64,000 nucleotides of DNA from an uncultured Eggerthella sp. (GTDB taxonomy: Bacteria; Actinomycetota; Coriobacteriia; Coriobacteriales; Eggerthellaceae), in the NCBI GenBank assembly GCA_958409415.1, contig CATYMO010000002.1:17547-81546 (forward strand), read 5' to 3'. A program made the translations under genes and the position numbers. Shown one piece after another: positions 1 to 8,035 of the stretch; position 1 is the first letter of the stretch, and every line of letters begins with the position of its first letter. A model generated the notes under the pieces. That model ran no database searches and had not been told where the DNA came from. It saw nothing but the letters and a program-made list of their open reading frames with translations.

Positions 1-2
1 AG

Positions 3-764
3 CTTGAAGCTTACGGCGAAGTGACCGTGAACTACAACCGCGATGTCGAGATATTCCCCGTGCTCAAAGCTATGATGGATCGCATCTCAGGTCACTGCCC
101 GTATCAATCGCCGACCGACATGGGCGTGAACATGGCAGGCTTCGCGATCATCGATGACGAAGCCTGTTCGGATGCTGCTCGTCGCGAGATCGTGCGGCGC
201 TATTACCAGACCGCTACCGAGGTCAAGCGCAGCGGCATGGGTCAGGATCAGGTTGAGAAATGTGAACTGCTCATGAACCAGGCAGGTGTTGGTGCCAACG
301 ATCTTAAAGCGCGCTCTGCAGCTCTGCTCAAGGAAGAGATCACGGGCGCTCCCGTGGGCGCGATCATGCTACCTGATGGGGAAGTGGTCACGGGCAAGAC
401 CTCCACGAATCTCGGTGCTGCCGCGTGCACGCTCATCAATGCGCTCAAGGCTATGGCAGGTGTCGATCCCGATGCCGATGTTATCTCCGACGAAGCCATC
501 GAGCCTATCTGCAAGCTCAAGACCAATGTGCTCGAATCCAACAATCCGCGTCTCCACTCCGATGAGACCATCATCGCGCTTGCGATCAGTTCCGCCACTA
601 ACGAAACGGCAAAGAAGGTGCTCGATTGCGTCGAGAACCTGCGCGGTTGCGATGCGTTCTTCTCGGTCATCATCTCCGAGACCGATGAACAGTTCTACAA
701 GCGCCTTGGTATGAACATCTGCTGCGAGCCGAAATACGAGCTCCATCGCTACTACCATAAATAG
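3..764 (+). CDS. 5'-truncated conserved protein of unknown function (C-terminal ~250 aa present). Family assignment is tentative, possibly DUF1846/UPF0371-like.
   Basis: Open frame runs from the window edge with no upstream stop; stop codon at 762-764; host-like codon usage; no catalytic motif recognised. Confidence 0.6.
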   Translation, partial: LEAYGEVTVNYNRDVEIFPVLKAMMDRISGHCPYQSPTDMGVNMAGFAIIDDEACSDAARREIVRRYYQTATEVKRSGMGQDQVEKCELLMNQAGVGANDLKARSAALLKEEITGAPVGAIMLPDGEVVTGKTSTNLGAAACTLINALKAMAGVDPDADVISDEAIEPICKLKTNVLESNNPRLHSDETIIALAISSATNETAKKVLDCVENLRGCDAFFSVIISETDEQFYKRLGMNICCEPKYELHRYYHK

Positions 765-807
765 GGCTCTTTCCTGCATGGCATTCATGAGCTAAGAGCA
801 AGGAGCG

Positions 808-1719
808 ATGTTGTTTCAAGACGAAGAGCAAGGGCTGACGCGTGCGCATATCGAAGCGCATCGCGAGAATCACGCGTCGCTTGCAGCCGATAACCGCGCA
901 AAGCACACCTCTTCATCGGCGCGCCTCAACTTGATCGTTATCGGCAGCGGGAGCAAGGGTAATGCTTCGGTGGTCTATGATCGCGTTACGGGTGAGGGCG
1001 TTTTGATCGATGCGGGTATCTGCAAGCGCGATGTGTTCGCCTTCAGCGCAGAAGGCGGCTTCGATATGGCCAAGCTCAAGGGCGTTTTCATCTCCCATAA
1101 TCATTCTGACCACGTGAAGAATCTCGGGGTCATCCTGCGCGGGCTGCGTTCGCAAGGTATCGAGGTGCCGCTCTACTTGCATCCCGAAACGCTCGCCGCG
1201 AGCAAGGAGCTCAAACAAGCCCAGGATTCGAATGAGGTCATCTTCTTCGAGGCAGGTCAGAAGCACACGATCGGAACCTTGGATGTTTCGATCCTGCCTA
1301 CCTCGCACGATGCACCCGCTTCGTTCGCTTTCAAGTTCGAATGCGGAGCCGATGCGCTTGGATTCATCACCGATACTGGCGTGGTGCTCCCCGAAGCGCT
1401 CGAAGGATTGCGTGGGGTGCGCATCCTCGGTCTTGAGTCCAATCACGATGAGCAGATGCTCAAAACGGGACCCTATCCGCGCATGCTGAAAGAACGGGTC
1501 GGATCAGAAGTGGGGCATTTGAGCAACGCGCAGGCGGCCGATGCGCTTGCGACGCTCATGCATAGTGGGCTCGAAACGGTCGTTGCGCTCCACATCTCTG
1601 AGAACAACAACACCTATCGTTTGCCGGTCGAGACGCTGCGTGGGGTGGTCGCGCGAGCAGAAGCAGAAGTTTCAGTGGTGTGCGCTTACCAGAAACGACC
1701 TGTGTTCATCATCGGGTAA
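808..1719 (+). CDS. MBL-fold metallo-hydrolase
   Basis: HxHxDH metal-binding motif (HNHSDH) and downstream His/Asp ligands typical of the metallo-beta-lactamase fold. Confidence 0.75.
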   Translation: MLFQDEEQGLTRAHIEAHRENHASLAADNRAKHTSSSARLNLIVIGSGSKGNASVVYDRVTGEGVLIDAGICKRDVFAFSAEGGFDMAKLKGVFISHNHSDHVKNLGVILRGLRSQGIEVPLYLHPETLAASKELKQAQDSNEVIFFEAGQKHTIGTLDVSILPTSHDAPASFAFKFECGADALGFITDTGVVLPEALEGLRGVRILGLESNHDEQMLKTGPYPRMLKERVGSEVGHLSNAQAADALATLMHSGLETVVALHISENNNTYRLPVETLRGVVARAEAEVSVVCAYQKRPVFIIG

Positions 1720-1876
1720 GCCCAGTTCGCAAATACTGCCCAGCCCAACCCACTTACCGAACATATTATCTCCATAAACGAAGCGTGCAGCGTGCAACCA
1801 ACATGAAGTAATAGAGTGAAAATGAGACTGATTAAGTCTCGTTTTATTATGAGCTCCTAAAAAAGGAGGAACAAGC

Positions 1877-3805
1877 ATGGAGATGATAGGATTTCTAATC
1901 CTCTTTCCTCTTGTTGTTGCCGCTCTCTTGCTGATCTTTCGGCAGAACAAGGTAAGAAATGCGATCGTGTGGGTTGCGAGCATCGTCATCATGGGCGCTT
2001 CTATTGCGTTCGTTGCGATGAACATCGGCACACCGGGGCAGTATTTCCTGTTCGAGTCCGTTGTGGTCGATTGGGCATCAATAGCTATCAGCGTGATCGT
2101 CGGCGCAATCGTTATCTTCTACAGCGTCAAGTATCGAAGGTTCTGGGTGCTGGGCCTTGCGGCCATCCAGCTTATCGGCACGCTCATCTTCGAGTTCGGA
2201 TGCGCACACGATATCGTGTGCACCCGCGGTCTCTATGTTGATTCGCTCTCGCTCATCATGACGCTCATCATCGGCCTTGTGGGCGCCGGCATCTGCATCT
2301 ACTCCATTGGCTACATGGAAGACTTCCAGGCTGAACATAAGCATGAAGCGGATCGCCGTCCGCGTTTCTTCGCGCTCATGTTCATCTTCCTTGCAGCGAT
2401 GTATGCGATCATCTTCTGCAACAATCTCATCTGGCTCTATGCTGGTTGGGAGATCACCACAGTTTGTTCCTTCCTCCTCATCGGCTACACCCGCACTGAG
2501 GAAGCGATCGCGAACGCATTCCGCCAGATCGTCATGAACATGGTCGGCGGCATCGCTTTTCTGGCTGCACTCTTCTTCATGGTGCTCGAATTCAACACCG
2601 TCGATTTCCTCGACTTCATCGTTATCGGCACGTTCGCGCCGGCGCTCGTGGTATTCCCGCTCACGTGCTTGAGCCTTGCGGGCATGACCAAAGCAGCGCA
2701 GATGCCGTTTCATACTTGGCTGTTGGGCGCTATGGTCGCGCCGACGCCCACGAGTGCGCTCCTGCATTCATCCACCATGGTGAAGGCGGGCGTATTCATG
2801 CTCATCAAGTGCGCACCCATCTATGCGGTGTCGTTCGGGCCCTCCATCTTCGTCATCTTGGTGGGTGGCCTTACGTTCCTGTTCTGCTCGTTCCTTGCCA
2901 TCTCGCAGGTGAATGCCAAGCGCGTGCTCGCATATTCGACCATCGCGAACCTTGGCCTCATCACGGCTTGCGCGGGCGTTGGTACCGCAGAGGCGATCTG
3001 GGCAGCGATCTTCCTCGTCATCTTCCACGCTATCGCGAAGAGCTTGCTCTTCCTGTGCGTGGGCACCGCAGAGCATCATATCGGCTCTCGTAACATCGAA
3101 GACATGGACACGCTCTTCGAGCGCATGCCGAAGCTCGCACGTCTTATGATGCTCGGTATCATGATCATGTTCATCGCGCCATTCGGTATGCTCATCGCGA
3201 AGTGGGCAACGCTCATTACGCTCATCGGAACGCGTCAGATCGCGCTCATCCTCATGCTGGCGTTCGGCTCAGCAGCTACCTTCATGTTCTGGGCGAAATG
3301 GCTCGGCAAGCTTGCGGGCATCGCAAGCGAGCCCGATAACGTGGAGGTCACCGTGCATAAGAGCGAATGGCTCTCGCTTGCGCTCATGGCGGTGCTCGCC
3401 GTGCTTGCTTGTGCGCTCATCCCGGTCATCTCGAACTTCATGGTCGAGCCTTATGTCAGCTCGATCCTCGGCATGAGCATCCAGCCGATCCGCGACGAGA
3501 ACCTCTATCTGTCCACCATCATCGTCTTGTTCATGGTGATCATGATGTTCGGCGTGCTGCGCAAGAACACGAAGGCGAAGAAGGCCAGCGTGTATCTCTC
3601 CGGCGTCTCGGTCGAGAATGAATCGCGCGTCTATTTGAATGCGCTCTCGAAACCGCAGGAGGCTACTGCGCGCAACTGGTACATGGAGGACTGGTTCGGC
3701 GAGGCGAAGCTCACGCCCGTTGGCACCATCATCTGCTACATTCTCATACTCATTGCATTCATCTGGGCGATCATCGCTACCATCGGATTCACGGCACTGT
3801 TCTAA
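1877..3805 (+). CDS. echA: Energy-converting [NiFe] hydrogenase membrane subunit EchA (NuoL/MnhA-like cation-translocating antiporter-type subunit)
   Basis: 642-aa polytopic membrane protein with NuoL/HyfB-like conserved segments; strong RBS AAAAGGAGGA upstream of the ATG; first gene of a six-gene operon. Confidence 0.8.
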   Translation: MEMIGFLILFPLVVAALLLIFRQNKVRNAIVWVASIVIMGASIAFVAMNIGTPGQYFLFESVVVDWASIAISVIVGAIVIFYSVKYRRFWVLGLAAIQLIGTLIFEFGCAHDIVCTRGLYVDSLSLIMTLIIGLVGAGICIYSIGYMEDFQAEHKHEADRRPRFFALMFIFLAAMYAIIFCNNLIWLYAGWEITTVCSFLLIGYTRTEEAIANAFRQIVMNMVGGIAFLAALFFMVLEFNTVDFLDFIVIGTFAPALVVFPLTCLSLAGMTKAAQMPFHTWLLGAMVAPTPTSALLHSSTMVKAGVFMLIKCAPIYAVSFGPSIFVILVGGLTFLFCSFLAISQVNAKRVLAYSTIANLGLITACAGVGTAEAIWAAIFLVIFHAIAKSLLFLCVGTAEHHIGSRNIEDMDTLFERMPKLARLMMLGIMIMFIAPFGMLIAKWATLITLIGTRQIALILMLAFGSAATFMFWAKWLGKLAGIASEPDNVEVTVHKSEWLSLALMAVLAVLACALIPVISNFMVEPYVSSILGMSIQPIRDENLYLSTIIVLFMVIMMFGVLRKNTKAKKASVYLSGVSVENESRVYLNALSKPQEATARNWYMEDWFGEAKLTPVGTIICYILILIAFIWAIIATIGFTALF

Positions 3806-3820
3806 GAAAGGAGGCACATC

Positions 3821-4702
3821 GTGGAAACGCTTATTTCAATTCTCATCACGCTCGGCGCCTCGGTTGTCTTCGCGATCGTCGGAACGGTGCTCGGTTGCTT
3901 GCTCTCAGGCATCGACCGCATTATCTCAGCTCGCATGCAAGGTCGTGTAGGACCGCCGCTGCTGCAGCCTCTCTATGATGTTCGCAAGCTGTTCGCTAAG
4001 GACAACGTGGCAGTGAACGGCACGATCGGCACCTATGTGGTCTGTGCGCTCATCTTCACGTTCCTTGCTGGCGGCATCTTCTTCTCAGGTGGGAACTTCC
4101 TTCTGTGCGTGTTCGTCATCACGCTTGCAGAGCTCATGTTCGTCATGGCAGCTTACGCATCGCGCTCGCCCTTCTCTGAAGCAGGCGCGCATCGCGAGAA
4201 CCTGCAGATCATGGCGTATGAGCCCATGGTGCTGTTGCTTGCGGTCGGCTTCTTCCAGGCGACGGGCAGCTTTGATATCGCGATCCTGCCGTTCTTAGAT
4301 TCGCCCATCATCTTCAGCCTGTGGGGCGTTTTCTTGGGAATGCTGTTCATTCTTACGATTAAATTGAGGAAATCTCCGTTCGATCTCTCATATTCACATC
4401 ATGCACATCAAGAACTGGTAAAAGGTGTAACTACCGAAATGTCGGGCAAGACCCTCGGTCAGATCGAGATCATGCACTGGTGCGAGAACATCCTCTACAT
4501 GGGTTGGATCGTGATGTTCTTCATCTGGGGCAACCCTGTTTCGATCGTAGTTGCGCTCATCGCGTTCATCCTGATCTACTTGCTTGAGATCTGGATCGAC
4601 AACAACTTCGCTCGTGTGAAATGGCAACTGGTGTTGAAATCGACCTGGATCGTCACGCTCGTTCTCGGTGGTATCAATATCCTTGTTCTTGCATTCCTGT
4701 AA
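3821..4702 (+). CDS. echB: Ech hydrogenase membrane subunit EchB (NuoH/HycD-like)
   Basis: 293-aa integral membrane protein; GTG start preceded by GAAAGGAGG; position and size match echB. Confidence 0.75.
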   Translation: METLISILITLGASVVFAIVGTVLGCLLSGIDRIISARMQGRVGPPLLQPLYDVRKLFAKDNVAVNGTIGTYVVCALIFTFLAGGIFFSGGNFLLCVFVITLAELMFVMAAYASRSPFSEAGAHRENLQIMAYEPMVLLLAVGFFQATGSFDIAILPFLDSPIIFSLWGVFLGMLFILTIKLRKSPFDLSYSHHAHQELVKGVTTEMSGKTLGQIEIMHWCENILYMGWIVMFFIWGNPVSIVVALIAFILIYLLEIWIDNNFARVKWQLVLKSTWIVTLVLGGINILVLAFL

Positions 4703-4711
4703 GGAGGTAAC

Positions 4712-5158
4712 ATGTCTTCTGTTTCAAAATCTCCTTGGATCATACATTACGACGGTTCGAGCTGTAACGGCTGCGATATCGAGGTGCTGGCCGCACTCAC
4801 TCCGCTCTATGATGTCGAGCGTTTTGGCATCATCAATACGGGTAACCCCAAACACGCCGATATCTTCCTGGTTACGGGTGGCGTCAACGAGCGCAATATC
4901 GACGTGGTCAAGGAAATCTACGATCAGATGGTAGAGCCGAAGGTGGTCGTTGCTTGCGGTGTCTGCGCTTGCACGGCGGGCATCTTCAAGGACTGCTACA
5001 ACATCATTGGCGGTGTCGATAAGGCTATCCCCGTTGATGTGTACGCGCCTGGTTGCGCGATCCGCCCTGAAGCCATCATCGATGCGGTGGTCGAAGGGAT
5101 CGGCATCCTTGAGGAAAAGTCGAAGAAGCTCAAAGAAGAGAAGAAGAAAGGGGCGTAA
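4712..5158 (+). CDS. echC: Ech hydrogenase small subunit EchC (NuoB-like, proximal [4Fe-4S])
   Basis: Cys ligand pattern CNGCD … GVCACTAG … PGCAIRP typical of NuoB/hydrogenase small subunits; RBS AAGGAGG. Confidence 0.85.
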   Translation: MSSVSKSPWIIHYDGSSCNGCDIEVLAALTPLYDVERFGIINTGNPKHADIFLVTGGVNERNIDVVKEIYDQMVEPKVVVACGVCACTAGIFKDCYNIIGGVDKAIPVDVYAPGCAIRPEAIIDAVVEGIGILEEKSKKLKEEKKKGA

Positions 5159-5163
5159 GCGTT

Positions 5164-5733
5164 ATGGAATTGAATGAAACGTTTGTCCCTCTTGCGCTCG
5201 AAGACCTGGTCGATACTGCGCGCGAATATAAGGAGCAGGGCTACCAACTGGCTCAGATGATGGGTGTGCTCAAAGAAGACGATACCGTCTGGCTTTACTA
5301 CACCTTCATCAAAGGCAACGAAGTCATCAATCGGCGCATCGAAGGGATCATCAAAGGTGAGACCGAGGTGCCTTCGCTCACGCCGCTCTATATCGCTATC
5401 TTCGTGAACGAAAACGAAGCTCACGATCTTTTTGGTGTGAACATCGTTGGCAATCTTATCGATTTCGAAGGTGCGTTCTACCGCTTCGCTGAAGGCGTTG
5501 AAGCTCCTATGAGCATCGTCTCGCCTGAGCAGCTCGCTGCGCGCGAGAAAGCGGCGAAGATCGCAAAGGCTAAGGCGGCTAAAGCAGCGAAAGCGGCAAA
5601 GGAGAAGGCGGCGAAAGAGGCTGAAGCAGCGAGCGCAGCCAGCGCTCCTACTGAAGAGCAGACCGAAGCCGCCAGCGCTCCCGCACCAGCGCCCGCTGAA
5701 GCTTCGGCGAACACGAACGAGGAAGGGGAGTAA
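5164..5733 (+). CDS. echD: Ech hydrogenase subunit EchD (NuoC-like) with a Lys/Ala/Glu-rich low-complexity C-terminal tail
   Basis: NuoC-like core (~120 aa) followed by AKAKAAKAAKAAKEKAAKEAEAASA…PAPAPAE repeats; operon position. Confidence 0.7.
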   Translation: MELNETFVPLALEDLVDTAREYKEQGYQLAQMMGVLKEDDTVWLYYTFIKGNEVINRRIEGIIKGETEVPSLTPLYIAIFVNENEAHDLFGVNIVGNLIDFEGAFYRFAEGVEAPMSIVSPEQLAAREKAAKIAKAKAAKAAKAAKEKAAKEAEAASAASAPTEEQTEAASAPAPAPAEASANTNEEGE

Positions 5734-5735
5734 CA

Positions 5736-6824
5736 ATGGCAAAAGCACAAGTCATTCCATTCGGGCCCCAGCATCCGGTTCTGCCTGAGCCGGTCCATCT
5801 CGACCTCGTGGTTGAAGACGAAACGGTTGTCGATGTTCTTCCTCAGATCGGATTCATCCATCGTGGTCTCGAAAAGCTCGTCGAGACGCGCGATATCCAT
5901 CAGTACATCTACGTTGCGGAGCGCATCTGCGGCATTTGTGCATTCGGTCATAGCTACGGCTATGCGCAAACGGTCGAGCGTCTTATGAACGTCGAGGTCC
6001 CGCCGCGTGCTGAATACTTGCGTGCGATCATGCATGAGCTTTCGCGTATACACTCCCATCTGCTGTGGATGGGTCTTGCAGCCGATGCGTTTGGTTTCGA
6101 GAGCTTGTTCATGCATTCTTGGCGCTTGCGTGAGCGTATCCTCGACATCTTCGAAGCAGTAGCTGGTGGACGCGTTATCTTGTCCTACACGCTCATCGGT
6201 GGCGTTACGAAGGATATCGATGCGCCCATGCTCCAGGCCATCAAGGATAAGCTCGCGAGTATCAAAGACGAATACAAGCAGATCTGCAATGCTTTCCTGA
6301 AAGACACGTCGGTGAAGAACCGCTTGGTGGGTGTGGGTTATATCGCACCAGAAGATGCGTTTGGCTATGGCATGGTCGGACCCTTCGCCCGTGCGAGCAA
6401 CTTGAACAACGATGTTCGCTGCCTGGGCATCGGCGCCTATGGCGATCTGGCAGAATTCAAGCCGATCCTCTCAACCGATGGCGATTGCTATGCCCGCGTT
6501 CAAGTGCGTGCTGAAGAGGTGCTGCAGTCCATCGACATCATCAACGAACTGATCGATAAGATCCCTGGTGGTGATTTCTACGTGCCCGTGAAGGGTGCGC
6601 CTGCTGCAGGAAGCGAAGCATGCAACATTCTTGAGCAGCCACGTGGCGAAGTGTATTACTACTGCTCTGGCAACGGTACGAAGAATCTCGAGCGCATGCG
6701 CATCCGCACCCCAACTACGCAGAATATCGCTGGCATGACCGTGGCGCTCAAAGGCTGCGACCTCGCCGATGTCAACATGATCGTTCTTACCATCGATCCT
6801 TGCATCAGCTGCACGGAAAGGTAG
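5736..6824 (+). CDS. echE: Ech hydrogenase [NiFe] large subunit EchE (NuoD-like)
   Basis: N-terminal RICGICAFGH (RxCGxCxxxH) and C-terminal DPCISCTER (DPCxxCxxR) Ni-Fe ligand motifs are read directly from the translation. Confidence 0.9.
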   Translation: MAKAQVIPFGPQHPVLPEPVHLDLVVEDETVVDVLPQIGFIHRGLEKLVETRDIHQYIYVAERICGICAFGHSYGYAQTVERLMNVEVPPRAEYLRAIMHELSRIHSHLLWMGLAADAFGFESLFMHSWRLRERILDIFEAVAGGRVILSYTLIGGVTKDIDAPMLQAIKDKLASIKDEYKQICNAFLKDTSVKNRLVGVGYIAPEDAFGYGMVGPFARASNLNNDVRCLGIGAYGDLAEFKPILSTDGDCYARVQVRAEEVLQSIDIINELIDKIPGGDFYVPVKGAPAAGSEACNILEQPRGEVYYYCSGNGTKNLERMRIRTPTTQNIAGMTVALKGCDLADVNMIVLTIDPCISCTER

Positions 6825-6828
6825 AGCA

Positions 6829-7302
6829 ATGGGATATTTCAAACTAGGAAAAATGACGCTCAAGTCGCTCTTCAAGCGCCCTGAGACCATTCGCTACCCG
6901 TATGAGACGAAGCCTCCTGTGGAGGATCTGAAGGGTCACGTAGAGAACGACATCGTCGAATGCACGCTCTGCGGCATCTGCGCCAAGCGTTGCCCAACGG
7001 GCTGCATCACGGTGGATAAAGAGGCGGAATCTTGGACGATCAACCCGTTCGATTGCATCCAGTGCCGCACGTGCGTGCGTGAATGCCCGCAGCACTGTCT
7101 TACCATGATGCCGGAGTATCGCAAGCCCGCCTTCGAGAAGGTCGTTTCGGTCACCACGAAACCTGAGCCTACTGAAGAAGAAAAAGCAGAGCTTGCACGT
7201 AAGGAAGCGGAAAAAGCTGCTAGAATTAAGGCGGCGTTGGAAGCGAAAGCTGCACGTGAAAAAGCCAAGCAGGAACAAGCTGGCCAAACGCCTGAAGCTT
7301 AG
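6829..7302 (+). CDS. echF: Ech hydrogenase 2x[4Fe-4S] ferredoxin-like subunit EchF (NuoI-like) with a Lys/Ala/Glu-rich C-terminal tail
   Basis: Two CxxCxxCxxxCP clusters (CTLCGICAKRCP, CIQCRTCVRECP); C-terminal KPEPTEEEKAELARKEAEKAARIKAALEAKAAREKAKQEQ tail. Confidence 0.85.
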   Translation: MGYFKLGKMTLKSLFKRPETIRYPYETKPPVEDLKGHVENDIVECTLCGICAKRCPTGCITVDKEAESWTINPFDCIQCRTCVRECPQHCLTMMPEYRKPAFEKVVSVTTKPEPTEEEKAELARKEAEKAARIKAALEAKAAREKAKQEQAGQTPEA

Positions 7303-7329
7303 GCTACCGATATAGAATTCTGTGTGATT

Positions 7330-7358
7330 CGGGCCTTTTAGAGGCCCGTTTCCTTTTT
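7330..7358 (+). terminator. Rho-independent terminator after the ech operon
   Basis: GC stem CGGGCC / GGCCCG with loop TTTTAGA, followed by a T-rich tract. Confidence 0.6.
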
Positions 7359-7375
7359 GAAGAGGGAGAGAGCGC

Positions 7376-8035
7376 ATGGGCGCGAACGAGTCCTACGAGG
7401 TGTCGAACAAGATCTTCACGCTGCCGAATCTTATCTCGTTCATTCGCCTGCTCATGATCCCAATCTTTCTCGTGTTGCTCTTTCATGATCTGAACCTTGC
7501 AGCAACGCTGCTCTTTGCGATCGCCGCATCGACCGACTGGGTCGATGGTCAGGTCGCGCGCCGCACGAACCAAGTCTCTCGTTTGGGTCAGTTGCTCGAT
7601 CCCGCGGTCGATCGCTTGCTCATGATCTCGGGCGTGCTCGGGTTGTTCTTGGTGGGGCGTTTGCCGCTCTGGATCATCCTCTTCGTGGTCATTCGCGATC
7701 TTATCTTGCTCATTGGTGGCGGCTATATCTTGAAGCGCTATCAGGTGCGCGTGCCCGTTATCTATGCGGGCAAGGTTGCCACTACGCTTCTCTACATCGG
7801 TTTCGTGGGCGTGCTTCTGAACTTCCCGCTCTTCGCAGGGTTGGGCGTATGCGATTTCTCTTGGCTGCCGGGTTTCTCTGCTGCGCAGTATTCGTGGGGA
7901 TTCTGGTTCGTGTATGCCGGCCTTATCTTGAATATCTTCACCACGTCCTACTATCTCTATGCTGGTATCAAGGGTGCTCGATCAGCAAAAGCGCGTGAGC
8001 TTGCGCAAGCTTCATCGGAGAGTGCTCATGGCTAG
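7376..8035 (+). CDS. pgsA: CDP-alcohol phosphatidyltransferase (PgsA-like phosphatidylglycerophosphate or phosphatidylinositol-phosphate synthase family)
   Basis: Conserved DWVDGQVARR…LDPAVDRLL motif (D-G-x2-A-R … G-x3-D-x3-D); multi-TM protein. Confidence 0.8.
   Translation: MGANESYEVSNKIFTLPNLISFIRLLMIPIFLVLLFHDLNLAATLLFAIAASTDWVDGQVARRTNQVSRLGQLLDPAVDRLLMISGVLGLFLVGRLPLWIILFVVIRDLILLIGGGYILKRYQVRVPVIYAGKVATTLLYIGFVGVLLNFPLFAGLGVCDFSWLPGFSAAQYSWGFWFVYAGLILNIFTTSYYLYAGIKGARSAKARELAQASSESAHG

Noticed and set aside
7959-8027. Upstream extension of the VanW ORF (ATG at 7959) overlapping pgsA by 77 nt
   Set aside because: The internal ATG at 8028 gives a compact 8-nt start/stop overlap with pgsA; the extension would encode a peptide in the antisense-free but overlapping frame with no support.
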